This document shows positions 59,959 to 64,000 of a stretch of DNA of 64,000 nucleotides, piece by piece (the first letter of the stretch is position 1; the number at the start of each line of letters is the position of its first letter). Below the pieces are notes generated by a model. It made no database searches and was not told the DNA's origin. It saw only the letters and a list, made by a program, of their open reading frames with translations. Source of the stretch: an uncultured Clostridia bacterium (GTDB lineage: Bacteria; Bacillota; Clostridia; TANB77; CAG-508); contig CAUWAY010000004.1 of NCBI GenBank assembly GCA_963556905.1, forward strand, positions 1,150 through 65,149, written 5' to 3'. The position numbers were made by a program, and so were the translations under genes.

Positions 59959-60978
59959 ATGTTAAAAGTAGAAGACTTAGAAAAACAACTAAATCAAGAA
60001 ATTGTAAAAGGAATATATCTATTATATGGTGAAGAAACTTTTTTATTAGAACAGCAATTAAAAAAAATAAAAAAAATATTTGGAGAAGCAATAAAAGGTA
60101 TAAACTATATATTAATAGATGAAAATAATATACAAGAGATAATATCAGACATTGAAACACCAGCATTTGGATATCAAAATAAATTGATAATTGCAAAAAA
60201 TACAGGAATATTTAAAAGAGAATCAAAAGGAAAAAACAGTGGAGTAAGCAAAGAAATAAAAGACAAAATAAATAATTATTTAAAAGATAATATAGAAATT
60301 ATAAATGATACAGTAATTCTTATATTTGTTGAAGATGAAGTAGAAAAAAATTCAATATATAATACAATTGAAAAAATAGGACAAATATGTAATTTTGAAG
60401 AACAAAAGCCATTTCAAATAGTAAAAAGAATAAAAAATGTTTGTAATGCATATAAAGTTAATATTGATGAAAATGTAATCCAATATTTGATTGAATGTTG
60501 TGGAACAAATATGCAAGACCTAATGAATGAAACAAGGAAACTTATAGAATATTCAGGAGAAAATGGTATAATAAAAAAACAAGATATTGACCTATTGTGC
60601 ACAAAGAAAATTGAAAGTGTAATATTTGATTTAACAGATAATTTAGGACAGAAAAAAATAAAAGAAGCAATAGATGTTTTACATAATTTGATTTCTGCTA
60701 AAGAGCCAATACAAAAAATATTAATTACTTTGTATAATCATTTCAAAAAATTATATTTTGTGAAACTTGCAATCAAATATAATAAAGACATTACTACAAG
60801 TTTGAATTTAAAACCTAATCAAATGTTTTTAGTAAACAAATATAAAATACAATCAAAAGGTTTTCAAACAGAAGAACTTAGAAAAATAATTCAAAATTTA
60901 GAAGACTTAGATTATAAATATAAGATAGGACTTATTGATATAAACATAGGATTAGAAGCTATTATATGTGGAATATAA
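59959..60978 (+). CDS. holA: DNA polymerase III delta subunit
   Basis: IYLLYGEETFLLEQ N-terminus. 339 aa with HolA-like length and layout. Confidence 0.75.
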   Translation: MLKVEDLEKQLNQEIVKGIYLLYGEETFLLEQQLKKIKKIFGEAIKGINYILIDENNIQEIISDIETPAFGYQNKLIIAKNTGIFKRESKGKNSGVSKEIKDKINNYLKDNIEIINDTVILIFVEDEVEKNSIYNTIEKIGQICNFEEQKPFQIVKRIKNVCNAYKVNIDENVIQYLIECCGTNMQDLMNETRKLIEYSGENGIIKKQDIDLLCTKKIESVIFDLTDNLGQKKIKEAIDVLHNLISAKEPIQKILITLYNHFKKLYFVKLAIKYNKDITTSLNLKPNQMFLVNKYKIQSKGFQTEELRKIIQNLEDLDYKYKIGLIDINIGLEAIICGI

Positions 60979-60985
60979 AACAAAA

Positions 60986-61021
60986 ATAAGAATGAAAGTT
61001 ATAATTCATTCTTATTTTTTT
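60986..61021. terminator. Terminator between convergent holA and nifS
   Basis: ATAAGAATGAA-agttataa-TTCATTCTTAT followed by a T7 run. Confidence 0.8.
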
Positions 61022-61046
61022 ATAAGAGTGCAAAAAAACTACAAAA

Positions 61047-62195
61047 TTAATTAATAATTTGTTTTAAAACATTGATAAAATAGTCAATTTCTTCAAAAGT
61101 ATTGAAATCACCGAAAGTGGTTCTAATAGGACAATGTAAAAATTCTTTAGGAGTATTTATCGCAGTTAAAACATGAGAAGGAGTAAAATTTCCAGAAGAA
61201 CAGGCAGAACCACTTGAAACACAAATACCTTTTTCATCTAATTTATAAATTAATTCAGAGGAATTTATATTTAAAAAAGAGACATTAGCATTTCCTGGTA
61301 ATCTGTTTTCAATAGAACCATTAAGTCTATATTTACCAGGAAACTCCTTTTTTAATTTTAATAAGTAATAATCTCTTAATTTAGATAAATTTATAATATG
61401 AGTATTTAGATTTTTATTACAAATCTCACAAGCTTTTCCAAGTCCAACTATACCTGCAACATTTTCTGTTCCAGCCCTCTTATTTTTTTCTTGATGTCCT
61501 CCATTAATAAATTTTGTAAATTCAATCCCATTTTTTATATAAAGAGCACCAATCCCTTTAGGAGCATTAATTTTATGTCCAGACATAGAGAGCATATCAA
61601 TATTCATTTTTTTTACATCAACCAAAGTGTTTCCAACAGCTTGAACTGCATCAGTATGAAAAGTAATATTATTTTTATGAGAAATTTCAGCTATTTTTTT
61701 TACAGGTTGAATAGAACCAATTTCATTATTTGCAAACATTATACTAATAAGAAAAGTAGATGGTTTAATAGTATTTTCTAATTCATCTAAATTTATTATG
61801 CCATCAGAATTTACACCAATATAAGAAACTTCAAATCCCTGTGTTTCTAAAAAATTGCATGTTTCTAAAATAGCTGGATGTTCAATTTTTGATGTTATAA
61901 TATGATTTCCTTTACTTTTGTTGGAATATGCAAATCCTTTTAATGCAGTATTATCACTTTCAGAGCCACTACCAGTAAAATAAATTTCATTTGGATTACA
62001 ATTAAGTAAATTAGCAATTTTAATTCTTGAATTTTCTATTGCATGTTTTGAATTTCTACCAATTAAATAAGGGGAAGAAGCATTACCATATTCTGTACTT
62101 AAATATGGTAGAATTTCATTTAGTACATCTGTTTTTATTTTTGTTGTAGCAGCATTGTCAAAATAAATAGTTTTCATTTTTGTATAAGCCTCCAT
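61047..62195 (-). CDS. nifS: Cysteine desulfurase (NifS/IscS class V aminotransferase)
   Basis: IYFDNAATT, HTDAVQAVG, SMSGHKINAPKGIGALY (PLP lysine), SSGSACSS (catalytic Cys). Confidence 0.9.
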   Translation of the reverse strand: MEAYTKMKTIYFDNAATTKIKTDVLNEILPYLSTEYGNASSPYLIGRNSKHAIENSRIKIANLLNCNPNEIYFTGSGSESDNTALKGFAYSNKSKGNHIITSKIEHPAILETCNFLETQGFEVSYIGVNSDGIINLDELENTIKPSTFLISIMFANNEIGSIQPVKKIAEISHKNNITFHTDAVQAVGNTLVDVKKMNIDMLSMSGHKINAPKGIGALYIKNGIEFTKFINGGHQEKNKRAGTENVAGIVGLGKACEICNKNLNTHIINLSKLRDYYLLKLKKEFPGKYRLNGSIENRLPGNANVSFLNINSSELIYKLDEKGICVSSGSACSSGNFTPSHVLTAINTPKEFLHCPIRTTFGDFNTFEEIDYFINVLKQIIN

Positions 62196-62381
62196 TCTTT
62201 TTTATTATCTTATTTGTTCTATTATATGCAAAAAATTTTAAAATTTAACAAGAAGTTATAGAAAAATAATCGAAAAAAAACGATTATTTCTTTTTTTCTA
62301 CAATAAGATAAGACAGTATTTTCATATACAAAGTTGTACAATAAAGAAAGCTAAACAATAAAAATATTTTTAGGAGGAAAT

Positions 62382-63128
62382 ATGAAAATGAATTTTATAG
62401 AATTAATAAGGAAAAGTATAAACAACATTTGCTTAAAATATTTAGAAAAAGAAACTGCTCAAGATGAAATATTACCTATATTTTATGTAGCAGGTAGCCA
62501 AACATTGCCACCACCATTAAGTCAGGAAGAAGAAGAAGAAACAATTAAAAATTTAGAAACAGAAAATGCCACAGAAGCTAGAAAAACATTAGTAGAACGC
62601 AATTTAAGATTAGTTGTTTATATAGCAAAAAAATTTGAAAATACTGGTGTTGGAATAGAGGATTTAGTATCAATAGGAACTATAGGGTTAATGAAAAGTG
62701 TTAATACATTTAATTCAGAAAAAAAGATAAAACTTGCAACATATGCTTCAAGATGTATTGAAAACGAAATTTTAATGTATTTAAGGAGAAACAATAAGAT
62801 TAAAACAGAAGTATCAATTGATGAACCATTAAATAAAGATAGTGATGGAAATGAATTATTATTATCAGATATATTAGGAACAGAACCAGATGTTACATAT
62901 AGGAATTTGGAAGATGAAGTAGACATGTGTCTTTTAAAAGAAGCTATAAAAAAATTAAATGACAGAGAAAAAAATATAATGGAAATGAGATTTGGGTTCA
63001 TAAGTGGAAAAGAAAAAACACAAAAAGAAGTTGCAGATGAACTAGGAATTTCTCAAAGTTATATTTCAAGATTAGAGAAGAAAATTATAGGGAAAATGAA
63101 AAAAGATATAATGAGTAAAACAGGATGA
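62382..63128 (+). CDS. sigE: Sporulation sigma factor E precursor (pro-sigma-E)
   Basis: Pro-sequence followed by [81 protein letters not shown]. Closely collinear with B. subtilis SigE (YYIGGSEALPPPLSKDEE...), not SigK. Confidence 0.85.
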   Translation: MKMNFIELIRKSINNICLKYLEKETAQDEILPIFYVAGSQTLPPPLSQEEEEETIKNLETENATEARKTLVERNLRLVVYIAKKFENTGVGIEDLVSIGTIGLMKSVNTFNSEKKIKLATYASRCIENEILMYLRRNNKIKTEVSIDEPLNKDSDGNELLLSDILGTEPDVTYRNLEDEVDMCLLKEAIKKLNDREKNIMEMRFGFISGKEKTQKEVADELGISQSYISRLEKKIIGKMKKDIMSKTG

Positions 63129-63134
63129 AAATTC

Positions 63135-63175
63135 AGCATAGAATACACTTTTGGGTATTCTGTGCTATTTTTTAT
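63135..63175 (+). terminator. Rho-independent terminator after sigE
   Basis: AGCATAGAATAC-acttttgg-GTATTCTGTGCT (one G-U pair) followed by ATTTTTT. Confidence 0.75.
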
Positions 63176-63263
63176 AAACTTTTTAACAAATATAAAAATT
63201 TATGATGAAAAAAAATAAAAAACATGATATACTAATATCATAAATAAAAAAGGAGAAATTAAA

Positions 63264-64000
63264 ATGTATAATGAATTTGGAATAAAAAATGAAATACTTG
63301 AGTTATCAAAAGATGTAGAAAAAGAAATAAAGCCACAATTTGAAAAAATTGAAAAAATAAAAGAATTAAACAGTTTAAAAGTGTTATATGCATTTCAAAA
63401 ATGTGGATTATCAGAGATGCATCTACATTCATCAACAGGATATGGAATAGATGAAATAGGGAGAAATAAAATAGAAGAAATATATTCAGAAATATTCAAA
63501 ACAGAAGATTCATTAGTAAGAGCACAACTAATATCAGGAACACATGCATTAGCAGTGACTTTATTTGGGTTATTGCGTCCTGGAGATATAATGTTAAGTG
63601 TAACAGGAGCACCTTATGATACATTACAAACAATAATAGGAATAAGTAAAGAGCAAAGTAAAAGTTCTTTAAAAGAATTTGGAGTAAAATATGAACAAAT
63701 AGAATTAATAAATAATGATTTTGACATTGAAAAAATAAAACAAAGAGTAGCAAAAAAAGATATTAAATTAATAGAAATCCAAAGGTCAAAAGGATATTCA
63801 ACAAGAAAAAGTCTAACAATAGATAAAATAGAAAAAGCAATAAAAGCAATAAGAGAAGTAAATAAAGATGTTATAATTATGGTAGACAACTGTTATGGAG
63901 AATTTGTGGAAAAAAAAGAACCAACAGAAGTTGGAGCAGATATAATTGTGGGTTCATTAATGAAGAACTTAGGTGCTGGAATTGCAACAAGTGGAGCATA
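63264..64000 (+). CDS. YnbB-like PLP enzyme (aluminium-resistance / Met gamma-lyase-related family), partial; continues beyond the window end
   Basis: AAGGAG followed by ATG 63264. My translation reads MYNEFGIKNEILELSKDVEKEI...SSTGYGIDEIGRNKIEEIYSEIFKTEDSLVRAQLISGTHA...DNCYGEFVE...GADIIVGSLMKNLG. Not in the ORF track because it has no stop in the window. Confidence 0.7.
   Translation, partial: MYNEFGIKNEILELSKDVEKEIKPQFEKIEKIKELNSLKVLYAFQKCGLSEMHLHSSTGYGIDEIGRNKIEEIYSEIFKTEDSLVRAQLISGTHALAVTLFGLLRPGDIMLSVTGAPYDTLQTIIGISKEQSKSSLKEFGVKYEQIELINNDFDIEKIKQRVAKKDIKLIEIQRSKGYSTRKSLTIDKIEKAIKAIREVNKDVIIMVDNCYGEFVEKKEPTEVGADIIVGSLMKNLGAGIATSGA

Noticed and set aside
61491-61781. 96-aa + strand ORF inside nifS.
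   Set aside because: It is antisense to a cysteine desulfurase gene with a clear PLP-lysine motif, and it has no translation signals.

Overview
Very AT-rich (by eye well under 30% G+C; not computed) 64-kb chromosomal segment from an endospore-forming Firmicute, Clostridia-like. It holds about 70 tightly packed protein genes, and all but seven are on the + strand. Most are housekeeping or sporulation genes: an AgrCA-like two-component pair, pdaA-yqfC-yqfD, ybeY, ldh, gatCAB, pyrG, groESL with a CIRCE operator, a short-form alaS, ligA, ftsQ-DUF881x2-sbp-ftsA-ftsZ-spoIIGA, mraZ-rsmH-ftsL, a spoIVFA/spoIVFB-like pair, thyX, a NatAB-like ABC pump, a SPOCS/LysM coat protein, yunB, rpsT, rpiB, mscL, hslO, ppaC, U32-rlmN-stp-prkC, NfeD/SPFH, murB, a yvcK-like gene, a glycogen debranching enzyme, holA, nifS and sigE. 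I see no rRNA, tRNA, CRISPR array, transposase, integrase or prophage genes. The best candidate for something undescribed is 32.5-35.2 kb. There a sortase gene heads an operon of four signal-anchored, mutually paralogous TasA/camelysin-like proteins. None of them has an LPXTG sorting signal. One is a 49-codon mini-paralogue missing from the ORF track, and one has no canonical start codon for its signal peptide. The operon sits behind a promoter with tandem Spo0A-box-like heptamers. Other points worth a second look: a self-contained 59-codon gene (also missed by the ORF track) in a GC-rich island between groEL and alaS; a 584-aa AlaRS lacking the C-Ala domain; spoIIGA uncoupled from a monocistronic sigE 33 kb away; a fragmented and reordered dcw cluster with an unusual 274-bp mraZ-rsmH spacer carrying six ACAAAAGA repeats; two orphan genes where phoH/pgpH normally sit; and an MscL with a zinc-ribbon tail. 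All functional calls rest on motif recognition and recalled homologues; no database search was possible.
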